Assembly (NCBI GenBank): GCA_000320545.1 | Contig: ADNK01001434.1 | Span: forward strand, 82,205-146,204 | Length of the DNA: 64,000 nucleotides | Origin: Bigelowiella natans CCMP2755 | Lineage: Eukaryota; Protista; Cercozoa | Reading direction: 5' to 3' | Shown: positions 1-11,942 of the stretch, one piece after another | Numbering within the stretch: position 1 is the first letter of the stretch | Layout of the letters: every line of letters begins with the position of its first letter | Made by a program: the position numbers and the translations under genes | The notes under the pieces: generated by a model | Told to the model about the DNA's origin: nothing | Seen by the model: the letters and a program-made list of their open reading frames with translations, nothing else | Databases searched by the model: none

Positions 1-169
1 AGAGCGCTGGAATCGAGACTTTCTGCCCCCCCCTCGCCACCGTTGCGCCTCAGTTCCAAGTGAACCCGCAGCAAAAGCAGCACCAGCAAGACTTCAGGGT
101 AACTGGTTTACCATTTGATTTTCTTCACAAAAGCATTGCTGCTGCTGTTACGATAACTTCATGTGGGCG

Positions 170-200
<31 letters not shown>

Positions 201-669
201 AACCATGTTAACCAATCAGCTTCCTGGCACCTCGGCTGTAAGCAATTCGCAGCTGTCTGTTCTCCGGTCCCTTCTGCTCAACGACCTGCAGAGGCTGCGA
301 CAAGTAAGGATGTGGATTATTGTGGGGAGGGAGGAGGGGTTGTCTTTTTTTGGGGCAGGAGCTGGGGGACAGGGAATGGTGCTTATTGTCGCGAATTGCC
401 GAATGTCAGCCATCATCATTTTATCCCTCCCCAACACTCCGCAGGTGGCATGGTGGCGATACGAGGAATTTGCCAGGAGGCGGCTTTGTAAACAGGTGGA
501 GTGGACAAATGATGATGAATGATGATGATGATGGCGAAGAGATACAGGAAGGAAGATGGGGAGGGGAAGAAAGTCGATTGTGTTTGTAAAGAAAAAAATA
601 CTATAACCCCAATCCATCTTCTCCCTCCACTTTTCCTCTGGACGTTCGAACGCACATAAACATACACCC

Positions 670-713
<44 letters not shown>

Positions 714-1294
714 CTTTTTTCGGTGCTGTATCCGCGTGGAAAAATATTGAGATCCCGATGTGCAAAGCCCATCGATCGATGCTTTGCTACATTCCTTTTC
801 TTTCCGAGTTTGCTCCTTCATACCCTGTCGAACGTCCGTCGTCCCTTTTCCCCTTCATTCACCAAAACATACTGGAATCATTATAATAACTAATGGTTCC
901 GGCTTTCCAGTGGACGCAGTCGCCGCCATCGTCGTCGCCGCCGCTGCCGCATCATTCGCCACAACAGCCGTTTACTCCTCGCCGTAGTCCTCCTCCTCCT
1001 CTTCTTCCTCCTCCTCCTCTCCCCCCCCCCCCCCCCACCTGGTGCAGCCCGTAGTGGTAGTAGCGCTTTACGAAGTCGCGCGCCTCCCCACACGGCGGCG
1101 GCGGCGGCAGTAGCTGCGACTCGCACCACTGGGAACCGACATGCCTCCCCAGCATCCCCAGCGAGCAAGTTGAGTATGGTGGACAACGATGATGGTTATG
1201 ATGGGGATGGCTACGGGAAGAAAGCAGCAGGCGAGCGGCGGCGACGGCAGCGGCGGCACAAAATTCAGAACGACGGCGACAAAGTCGGCCACGG

Positions 1295-1343
<49 letters not shown>

Positions 1344-1490
1344 TTGTCTCCCCCTTTCGTTTTACTCCTGTATGCCGTTTATCTGGAGATTAAGATTATT
1401 TCCCTACTTCCGATCCTAAAACGCCGTAATGATGAGCTTTGGTGTGGTTTGTTGTCTTTTCTTCTGCTTCTTCCCTATCCTTCCTCCTCC

Positions 1491-1529
<39 letters not shown>

Positions 1530-2136
1530 GTGTGGAATTTAGTACGCCGCTGCTGATCGCACACGTCGCGTGTTAGTAAACTGCCTGCGCGTTGGATTGG
1601 CTGGGTTCCTCGCCTATCGATATAAGATCCGTCAGGACCACAACAGCGGAAACATGACAGCCGTCAACCTCTCCCCCACGAGTTTCTTCGACACTCTTAA
1701 GAAGCTGTACTCTCCAGGCAGTCTCTCCTCATCATCATCTTCCCTTTCCCCATCCGCTACAACGAGCATTGGAACCGCAGTCTCTGCTGCGGCACCGATC
1801 TCTGCTGGCTCATCGCCCCCCCCTGCCGCTACGGCGAACACCCCACCCCCAGCATCATCATCACCATCAACAACATCAACACAGTCGGTGGGAGCGACGG
1901 TTGCCTCTACGGCTGCAGCGAGAAGGGGCAAAGATGTCATCGGCAGCAGCAGCACGGACAAGAACAGCATGACCGACAAAAGCGGCGAAGGTGATGACGA
2001 CGCGGAAGGATTCTTCAGGAAGCGACCCTGGCTCCTTGTCTTCCCCGCCGCTTTCGGCGCGTTCGCTGCCCCAAAGGTCATTAACGATCTAAGGTGGGTT
2101 GGAAGAAGCATGTTCGATGATCTACCCCCATCCTAA
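1..2136 (+). CDS. Hypothetical multi-exon Pro/Ser-rich protein with two hydrophobic segments (5' partial)
   Basis: Phase-compatible GT-AG exons: ..QQDFR | LPGTSAV..LRQ | VAWWRYEEFARRRLCKQ | WTQSPP.. (911-) ..DGDK | YAAADRTRRVLVNCLRVGLAGFLAY.. (1543-2136, stop TAA). It needs a frame change inside the poly-C run at ~1021-1036, probably a homopolymer error. No family recognised. Confidence 0.5.
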
Positions 2137-3054
2137 GGTACACATGCAGAGAGAGAGGGAGAGAGAGAGGGGGGGGGGAGAGCAAGATGGACGGACTTGC
2201 GATATGAATCTCGCACTATGCGGAGTAAGCGAAAAAGTGCGACCGCATTCGGATATATCATTGTACTATTAAAGGCGTGAAACATAGCATGTTCTCTAAT
2301 AATTGAACATGCGGAAGAAGAGTGGCCGATATATCATGTGTGAATCAGCGCACTATATTAGCGCAAGTTACTATTGTTACATGTGCATGAATGGCAGCGT
2401 CTGGCTGTGCGTATGTGGTTAAAGCAACTTGCACATAGTGGCTAGCTAGCGATAGCGATACATCTAATAAATGTACCAGAGCCACGTCAAGCGTTGCGCA
2501 TGTCTCAGCTTGTGCTCCAATCTGCGAAAGAGCGAGAATGTCAGTTTGTACACATCTCATCACACTTTATTGCCATCATTAGCATGGCGTGCAACAATTT
2601 ATCTAGGATAAATATTTGTCTAGGATAAATAAACAAATAAACCATGCGCGCTGTTTTTTAATTTTGCCCTCGCTCAGCGCATATCTAGTTATCATATTAT
2701 TGCTGTTTTTTAGCTTAGCGCCGCCTATCTAGCTATGCTGCATCATTGCATCATCTGGATTTCTGTCGTATATGGTATGCTCACAATAAAGCTATGATAT
2801 CTAGATATCTAGATATGCGCGGATATATACGGAAGAGCTAGATAGCTAGATAGTATTCTGGCATTCTGGCACGCTTGCAAACAAGCATCGTTTTACTACG
2901 GCATTAAAGCGCTGGGATCTGCGATGTCTTCCTTATTCATCCTCATCATGATTGATTATACTATCAAAAAACTATCATTGCGTATCTGGCAAACAGCTAC
3001 TTATCTCCAAGAAGATGGTTCTTAAAACATCCTCAGTCTTATTTGTGCTGAATC

Positions 3055-3209
3055 TTACTCACCAACCAGCCCGTCATCGCTCGCATCGTGCGGATCGTCA
3101 TTCGCCGGAATCTTCGAGCCCGTCACCATGGCCGCTGACGCCTCGTTTTCCCCTTCACCGCTCCTTGATGTCAATGCCACCGGCATGTCTGGAGTGCGAG
3201 GGAACACAC

Positions 3210-3256
<47 letters not shown>

Positions 3257-4828
3257 CATATTTAACGCATGTCCGTGATGGAAGGGAAATTGCACGGGCA
3301 ACCACGAGAAAACAGAAAACGAAGGTCTACCGTGAAAGAGCGGCAGAAATCCGTCTTTTCGTCGTACTTTGGCACCGTCAGAGATGAGTTCTGCTACTGG
3401 TGTTATTTCTCCTAGTTCTATCTGAGAATCCTCCATTTTCTCCTCTTCCTCCTCGTCAACCATCCCCCCTCTCGTGGTGGTGCTGCTGTTCTCCTCGAGC
3501 GCACTTTTCCCTCTACGTTCCTGATACTTACTGTATGCCACGAGGAGAATCCCAGCTCCGATCATGCAGACCCCAAGAATCGTTATGCCATTCGCGGCCT
3601 GAGGTTGTTTGTTTGTTTGCTTGCTTGTGCTGCTCGGAGTGGCTATAGGAAAGGACTTCGTTGGCATGTTTTGCTCGTGGGGGGAGGGGGGGGGGGGGGG
3701 GGGGGAAATAGGAATTTGAGCTTTTAAAGACAGAATGCCCTCAAAATGCAGATACGACAATAGTACTTACCGTCTTAAAGATAACGAATTCCCAAAGATA
3801 CGCAAAAGCGACGTCAGTGGAGCGGAGCAGCGCTGAAGGGCCTGCGGGTGCTTTCTGTTTCGCGAGAGGAGACGACAGCGAGTGGAAGAGAGAAAGAGAC
3901 GAAGAGATACTAAGGGTAAGCGGCAAACAAAGGCAAAAGCCAACACTCGTCGATCTCGCTATATATACTGCATCTCCCCACAACCAACCTGTCCGGCGTA
4001 GTTCATCATGAAATGCCCGAAAGTTCCAAACTGTAGTAAGATGTCATTATTACCAAATTTTAGAGCAAACAATCATCGTGATCACCGCCACATCGATACG
4101 GCGCCACAAAAGGACATTGTACTATTTCTCCCCCTCCCCCCCCCCTTCGGAGTGCTGATTTTGGCACCGCGCTGGCTACTACTACTTTATCGAGAGAGGT
4201 GATGGCGATACAGGTACCGACGACGACTATGATGCTGATGATGCATGCGTGTGGAAGGAGAAATATGAAGAAGAGGGAGTGGATTGGAGCGAACCGTGCA
4301 CATTCCTGCGATGTACACCCAGCCAAGCTTAGACGGAAACGTCATCCTAGATACCTGAATGATGATGCATTTATGAGTCGAGTGTGCTCGTTTGGGGTCC
4401 ATACAAGAAGAGGGGGCGAGCCATGCGTGCATGAATAAAAGTGTGTTCTCCTCTTGCTGCCTCCCCGCCTCCACCTCCCTCTCACCCCTACTCTCTCTCT
4501 ATTTATTTATGTCTAGGCTCGCATGCATGAAGGCACTAACTGCAATGTTATCCCGCTGCTGCTGCTCCTCCTGCTGCTGCTGCTGATGATGATAATGCTA
4601 CAATTATACACTCACTGTGTTGGCAAGGACGAATGAGATGAGCATGCTCCCCACCACCCAGGACCACAACAGATTTAGAAGGTGAGCAGCCTTGGCCTTT
4701 CGTACGATCACGAACAGGCATCCTCCGATCAAGCTCCCTTTTTTGGTATTATTGGTGGGGGAGGGGGTGTAGATAACCATTTTGGTCAGCGAGAAGGCAA
4801 AGCCATCATGATTGCAAAAAACAAAGCT

Positions 4829-4868
<40 letters not shown>

Positions 4869-5372
4869 CATGTATCGAGCGTGGTGATAGTAAGAAGCAG
4901 CAACAGCAAAGAAGCAGACAACGACCTCCCATTGCTGTGAGATACCCGATCCAAGCATATGGGTGATGACTCTCTGCGGATGCTAATGCAAAAAGGGACA
5001 GGTGGAGAGGGAGTCAGGGCTTAGGCTTGAAGGGGGGGCGGGGGGGGGCACTTTGCAGGTAAATGGTAAGAGAAGAAAAATGAGGAGGAGTGGGAGGAGA
5101 ACTATCCTCGTCATTTGCAATTTCGCCTATGTCTTTCAACTTGCACGCGCGGAGCACACAGACTGCGAGGAATCACCATGGCCACCTCCCTTATCAAACA
5201 AGAACGAGGGCTGAGCCACCAAGATCGCACCTCCTACGTGGGAGGGGGGGGGGGGGGGGATATAGAAGAGTGGATGCCGAGGAAAAAGAGGGGGAGGGGG
5301 GACCAGGAAACTTCTGGACATAGCATCTACTACTACTACTACTACTACTTCAACTTCTGCAGCTACACAACT

Positions 5373-5406
<34 letters not shown>

Positions 5407-5884
5407 CAGCGCTGAGGAGGATGGATGTTGCTTTCAGGATTGTGATAGGCTCCCCGAGCATTATTCGCGCTACGACGACCGTAACCACCTGACCTCAGGC
5501 GGTAAGATGGGAAGATCACAAGAGAATTCCACAGCAGCGGCACAAGAGGAAGTAAGCTTATCAGTGCTGCGAGTTGGGCGAAAGCGAAGCGCAGGGGGGG
5601 TGGAGGTGGTAATTAGGGTCAAGTCACCGGATATAATGAAGATAGTGATATCGCGTCTCCTACGAGAAAGATAATGTGGAAACGCGACGATGACAACAAA
5701 TGGTTAAGACAAGGTTCGACGGTGATATGGCGGTGACAATGATGATTATGATGATCATGATTGTTGTGATGACACGATTATTGGATGCATGTTTCGCGAA
5801 TTTCACCACCGATGGGCAGCAGGACAATCGTGAAGAAGTAACAGCAGAATCCACAGCCCCCAAGTACCTATGTTAAAATTATTA

Positions 5885-5925
<41 letters not shown>

Positions 5926-6173
5926 CAGATGAAAGTATTAAGTGTTTATTAACTGGCGCAATTGTTAGCGAACAGTGAAAAAAAAACATAATGTTATTAC
6001 CCCACGAAGAAGAACCCACTTTCTTGTCGGGTGCTACAGATGCAAGTTGTAAATTGAAGGACAAACACGGAAATTGAAGAAACAAGTTATGGACGACTTC
6101 TCAACCACATCAGTAATCATTGGCACTACAAACGCGACAACTATCCACTACTACTACAACAACAACAACAACA

Positions 6174-6207
<34 letters not shown>

Positions 6208-6539
6208 ACTTCTATTCCTACAACAAAGTAAGTATTCTTCCACCACCTCTCCAAACCAGGTCGGCACTTTGTAGTAAAATAGGCCGCTGAGCACTACGAC
6301 GCCTTGGGCTGTGGCTCGCATGAACACCAGCTGGAAGGCCGGGACTCCCGATTCTACGCACATATGATGATATTTTCGATGTGTAGGGGATTAATGGATG
6401 TAATGTGCGTTTCTGTGCAGTTGTTACCTGCAGCCAGCTTCACGAAGACGCCCATAACAGAGAAAAGCAAGGCACTCAAGAACATAATCGTCAGGGCCGT
6501 GGACTCAACGCCCATACCACAGCATTTCAGCACCGCCAT
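3055..6539 (-). CDS. EamA/DMT drug-metabolite transporter (SLC35G-like), multi-exon
   Basis: Spliced segments: ALTIMFLSALLFSVMGVFVKLAA, GVPAFQLVFMRATAQG, KWVLLRG VLGGCGFCCYFFTIVLLPIG DAISLSSLYP, VVARIMLGEPIT, GAILVAQPSFLF, GSLIGGCLFVIVRK, APAGPSALLRSTDVAFAYLWEFVIF, ITILGVCMIGAGILLV. This is the two-repeat EamA pattern. Start codon uncertain. Confidence 0.85.
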
Positions 6540-6976
6540 TGAACCTGCAGGATGTAGCAAGTCCTGGTTGAATTCTACCGAATTCTATGGAGCGGATAGA
6601 AGAAGCGTGGGGCAACCAGGGTGCGAGCAGCTGAGGTCTGGCTGAGCCCGTCGCCTTTCTGGATTCCGAATTTCGGTCGTAATGAGCAAGCGGCAGTTTT
6701 AACTTTGTCGCAGACATAAAATGGATGGGGTTCTCGATTTCTCATGTCGAACATAAGGCCGACGACCGCAAAAACACAGAGGTTTTCCCCCGGTGCGACG
6801 CGCATCATTTCGTTGTCGCAGGGAAGACTCAGATCGCGGCAGCGAATTTTCAGAGAAAGTGAGAAAGTGCATTCGGATGTCCGTGGATGTTGTTGTCGCA
6901 CTCCCAAGATTCGGAGGAGGCGCCTCCGAGGAGGAGCAGGAGCCATTCCATTCGTACGTCCCCTCTGCCAGGTGCG

Positions 6977-7474
6977 ATGGAGGACAGCAGCAGCAGCAGC
7001 AGTGGGGTGAGATTCAACCGGGCTGAAGACGATTCACCCTGTATCGGACAGAAGCGCGCCAGGATCGCCCTTTTTAGGCCTGTCATCGTCGAGGCGCTGG
7101 CGTTTCTACGTCCTCTCGAGTACACACCCAATGAACCCTTCCCCTGACCTGATTCGCTAATCCTCGTTCCCAGAGCAATCAATGTGTTGCTACTCTCCAT
7201 GTCGCGAACGTGTATGATGTACGCGATGATGATCGTTCACAGATTACTCAGCACGGAGTCAGTCTGCAAGTCCTGGAGGGCCATCCTCCGGGAGCACGAT
7301 CAGGTATGGAGAATTAGCTATGTGTCATGGTACCTAGGCGCTACAGACCACACACGTAGACGGCAGCAGTTGCGTGAGGACAGCACGGAAGGTCTTCTGG
7401 GTAGCCTTCTCACACGAGCACGAAAACGCTGGAGGGACCTTATCGTATGGGTAGTAGTAGTAGTACTGCTGCTG

Positions 7475-7522
<48 letters not shown>

Positions 7523-7863
7523 CCAATTACCGTACTTACACTGCTTCACACTTTGTCAGCCATCTTCTTGAATCAATCCCCCACATTGTCACTGCTTGTG
7601 TTGGTTTTGAGGATGTTATTCGCTTTTGCTGCAGAGGAGCATGGCGGAGGCTATGCGTTATAAACCGGGCGATCCGCGCGTGTGTCAGCGAGTGAACATC
7701 ACCAAAGAGTCTCTCACCAATGGCACCTTCACCGACGACACCACCGCAAATAGCAGCATGGCCAAAAAAATGTTTCTTCGCCGCCTCATGTTGCTCACAC
7801 GCGGCGATGATATCAAGAATGCTGCCGACGTCTTCGAGAATGTAAGTAAAACAGCCCATGGTA

Positions 7864-7904
<41 letters not shown>

Positions 7905-8714
7905 TGTTGTTGTTGTTGCAGTAGTAGTACCAGCACCAGCATCAGTAGCAATGGTAGTAAATCCGTAGTAGCAACCAAGTCTGCAGTAGAATCTCGCTCT
8001 CATTCCCTTCAATTATGATATTGTGTTGGTCGGATCCCGTGGTTCTTTGAATACGTGCAACGAAAATCGCACAGGACAACGATCGCCCGTAAGCTACTAT
8101 CCGAGCTCATTCATGCGTGTTGATGATATAGGGAACGAGTCTAGTTTTAAATTTCAGTTAGAATTTGCTTATTATAGAATCTTGTCGTCGTGCAAGTTAT
8201 AGGTGATTGTGTATACAGCACAGCTGTCCGCAAGCCGTCAATATACTTTTTGTTGGTATCTGCTCGCAGATGTATGGCACACGGGGTTCGAAAACTACAG
8301 CCGTTGCAGCATACTCACCGTCTCCTAGCCCATGCTAGAGAGCAAGCCCCTCAGCAGAATGACCATGATCGTTGCGTTGAAGAAAAGCGGCTCCGAAGAA
8401 GCTCCCAGATTGCCTACTTCGAGTGCTTGGTGGAAGAGGCATCGGTAGGGCTGGTATCAGAGTCGAGTGTATTTAACGCTCGTGACCACGTCGGATGGAG
8501 AAGTGCTAGCGTTGGGTACCACAGCGATGACGGTAGTAGTAGTCATAGGAGCAGTAGTTGTAGTAAAAGTAGAAGAAGAAGAAGAAGAAGAAGAAGAAGA
8601 AATAAGTAGTAATAGCGTGAATAAATAGCGCTAGTAGTAATTACGTAACCCGGTTCTGTTCTGATCGTGTTAATACAATACTAAGCTTTAGTCGCGAAGA
8701 TGAGAGCGATCGAC

Positions 8715-8761
<47 letters not shown>

Positions 8762-10055
8762 CATAGGAACAGCAGCGGCAATAGTAGTTAGTAGCAGTAG
8801 TAGCAGTAAGTACGCCGCTTTTGTAAGGCGGGCTATACTTCAACCTGAGGGGAGCGGAAAGGGGCGACGAAGAATCCGAGGACGAGTTTTTTAACTTTAT
8901 GGACCCTGGACCAGGTATTAGTAGTAGTAGTAGTAGTAGTAGTAAGCACCAGTAGTAGCAATTGCTGGTGATGGCAGAGGTAGTGGAAAGAGGTGGCAAA
9001 TACCTCTTTACAAGAGGGTTCTTGATGATGATAGCATAGCAATGGTCATTGTTGTTGGTGTTGGTGTTGTTGTTGTTGTTGTCTGCAGAGTATGGGGAAA
9101 AGCTGTCGTTCGGGGAGCCATTTGGAAAGGCACACCCAGTAAGGCGCATGAGCTTACCATCCAACACTGCACAACACACACACACACACATAAATAAAAA
9201 ATATATATCTAAAGATATGCATATACGTGGGAACTATATGAAAGCTTTGCTCCTATATCTCGTATATGTCACTCTTATCCACTTCCCCTCCTCCTCCTCC
9301 TACTTCAATCCGGTCCTTTCCTCGTATTGTTATTTCTCTTCCATAAACGGTAGTCCGTCGTCGGCTGTGGTGTGGATTTTGCCACCTCCACAGTAAGTCG
9401 TTGGACATTTATAGGGACAGAGGAGACTATCATCGTCTCCCGCTACTTCCCAATTATCATATTCACCACCAAGAACCATTCTATTTTGCAAGAGATGTTG
9501 TCGCTCTCCTTTTCCCTACACGATCATTGAGCCGCCGTTCGTCGTATCTTGTATCAGTAGAGCATCCATCATTTGACGATGTGGGGATCTAGTGGTGTCA
9601 GTCACAATGAATGCATTCATTCATTCTATTATCACTAGAGAACCATTGTTATTTTCTGCTTCGCGCATCGTAACATCCTAGAGCTATGAGGTACGAATAG
9701 ACACTATGCACTCGCACTTGTAGGTATTCTTCACCCTGGAAGGAAAGCTAGTTGGTGCTCGCACGTTTCATAGGAAGTCACTAGAAACTGCGCGTCTGCC
9801 TGCAGTATCCATTCACAGAAAGGGTAGCATTCCGTAGTAGCATGTTGGCAGATTATAATAAAGTTAAGCAAACTGCTATAGCAGTGGCACGTGCTCTTTT
9901 GAACCCGGATTCCAAAAAAATAAAGTGTGAGCGTCGACCATTTCTGTCCTGCGTTCTGGGACAGAGATCATCGACGTTTGCAGGACCGCGATTTTTTTTT
10001 TCACTCTCTTCATTCTGTGGTGCGACGCATAATGAGAAATGAGATGAACGAATGA
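6977..10055 (+). CDS. F-box + SPRY (RanBP9/10-type SPRY) protein
   Basis: F-box across the first intron: LFRPVIVEALAFLRPLE|LLSTESVCKSWRAILREHDQVWR. SPRY motifs: IAYFECLVEEASVGLV..HVGWRSASVGYHSDDG (~8410-8532), FGEPFGK, SVVGCGVDFATST|VFFTLEGKLVG..PAVSIH. Some middle exons and the 3' end are approximate. Confidence 0.8.
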
Positions 10056-10086
10056 CCGGGATGACAATTCAACAATGATGATGGTA

Positions 10087-10100
10087 CGTGGTGGATAATA

Positions 10101-10140
<40 letters not shown>

Positions 10141-10184
10141 TTGAATCTTCACAAATTCTAATTATTTTTTTATAATCCACCACG
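10087..10184. mobile_element. Putative ~98-bp MITE with an internal (TA)n tract
   Basis: Imperfect ~24-bp terminal inverted repeats (cgtggtggataataaaaaaa.. / ..ttttttataatccaccacg). The element is flanked by GTA on both sides (10084-10086 and 10185-10187); a TA target duplication with a 1-nt asymmetry is an alternative reading. Confidence 0.5.
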
Positions 10185-11155
10185 GTACAGGGGGCCTGTG
10201 CGCATTGCTGCGCTGTTCGTCACATTTCCTGTTCGACATCGACGGTTACGTACTTCGACGCTTAAATTGCCGGGGAAATGATAGAGCTGGGAAGGAGTCC
10301 CTCTCCGTCTCTACCGCTGCTGCAGAGAACAGCAATTGTGGTAGACCCTGACGTCAGGTGTTGTGACATGTGTGTCCACACAGCTGCTGTGTTGGACGCT
10401 GACAGCAAATACATTGTCTTTCTTGGCACTTGAAACAGAGCCGCAACCATCTACACATGTCACACGCAACACAGCCACATCGCTTCTTGTCATCTTTCTG
10501 CGCCAGCGCGCAAATTACACGATCAGCCGCACACCTGTGCCAGGCATCTGTTAAAATAGTCTCGTCTGAAGGCATGACAACACTGCATAAAGCCACACAC
10601 ATGCAAACAGACTTCATCATGGATGATCACAAATCTAGCCATATGCAAAGCTGAAAGCATGTGCTTTCCACGCGCAGGCATTGACAGGTGCAACTGGCAC
10701 GCATGGCACTCATGCACAATTGGTGAATGCCATTGATGCAGTCATGCAGGCAGTGCTATGGGCATGTACGTCTAGCTATTCACGTGCAATGCAATGTGTT
10801 GCCGCAGAGAGGCACCTACGGTGCACGATGAGTGCGAGTGTTGCGTATTGCGAAACACTTAGCTTAACATCGACAACATGGTAGCAAACTCCAAACGCTG
10901 CAGTGCTAGAGTGCGTGAAATATTGCAACTACTATGATGTTGCGAAAGCAGCATTAAAGCAGCACACATGAAGTGCACGCAGTTCTTCACATGATCTTTG
11001 CTCATCAGCATGATTCCACAAAACATTCCCCCACGAATCGTACAGAGAATCTACAGACAACTTGTGTCTCTACACCTTCCAAAGTACACATGTACCACAT
11101 ACACGTACGCATAGAGAAAAAGATAACTTGTGTCTCTATAATCGAAATCATAATG

Positions 11156-11909
11156 CTATGAATGCCCACGGAAATTAGCTTTCAGAGCCTCATAAAATTT
11201 CTGGAAGTCATCACTATTCCCATTGCCAAGATTTCTTATCTCTATGATAGATGTATCAGATTCTTCCTTGTACGCGTAGATGTGCATGAGGCATTGAACT
11301 TGCAAGTTTTGATCTGCCTTCTCCCCTTTCAGCGTGAGAGAAACTTTCATCTGTAATCAGCGAATCGACGCAACGTGTGTCAGCTTTGCTTCGAGCGGCA
11401 ATCATCAGTGACACATGCATATACGAGTTCACCTGCCACGAACAAGAGCTCTACACGGGTGTTGCACAGACGCGCTCCACACAACAGACAGGCTCATCTC
11501 ATACTCGCAGTTTCAGCACGCATGGCTTTATTCCATCCAGATTCGTGAAACATATATCCTTCTGCCTAACCCCTACTACTATTACTACTATTACTACTAC
11601 TACTACTACCGCGAGCGTTCTATCGAGTTCCAACAGCACATCGGCTTTGCAGTGGTCCAACATGGCGAGCAGATACTTCATCGTTTCGAACGGTGAGTCC
11701 CGGTGTACGACCTTGGTGTGAAACTTTATCGGACCTAGCTTTTCGCTATAAATACGAGCCTTTCCGTTTATAGCCTAACGGTAAGTCAGCCTCAATGTAA
11801 GAAGAGGGATAAACAACTTGAGATGCTCGGCTCAAAGTCAAGCATTTTCAATCCGTGATCTTTCTATAATTTCAAACGAAAGACGCAACGCACACTCATG
11901 TGTACTACT

Positions 11910-11942
<33 letters not shown>

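Noticed and set aside
625-730. Apparent non-AG splice acceptors (..cctctg|, ..tttcg|) after pyrimidine tracts, and a similar case near 17185
   Set aside because: Canonical alternatives keep the frame: an AG at 909-910, and a GC donor near 16990 with an AG at ~17196. All junctions checkable against conserved motifs use AG.
1021-1036. Programmed frameshift in the first gene
   Set aside because: The frame change falls in a long poly-C run, where a sequencing or assembly error is far more likely.
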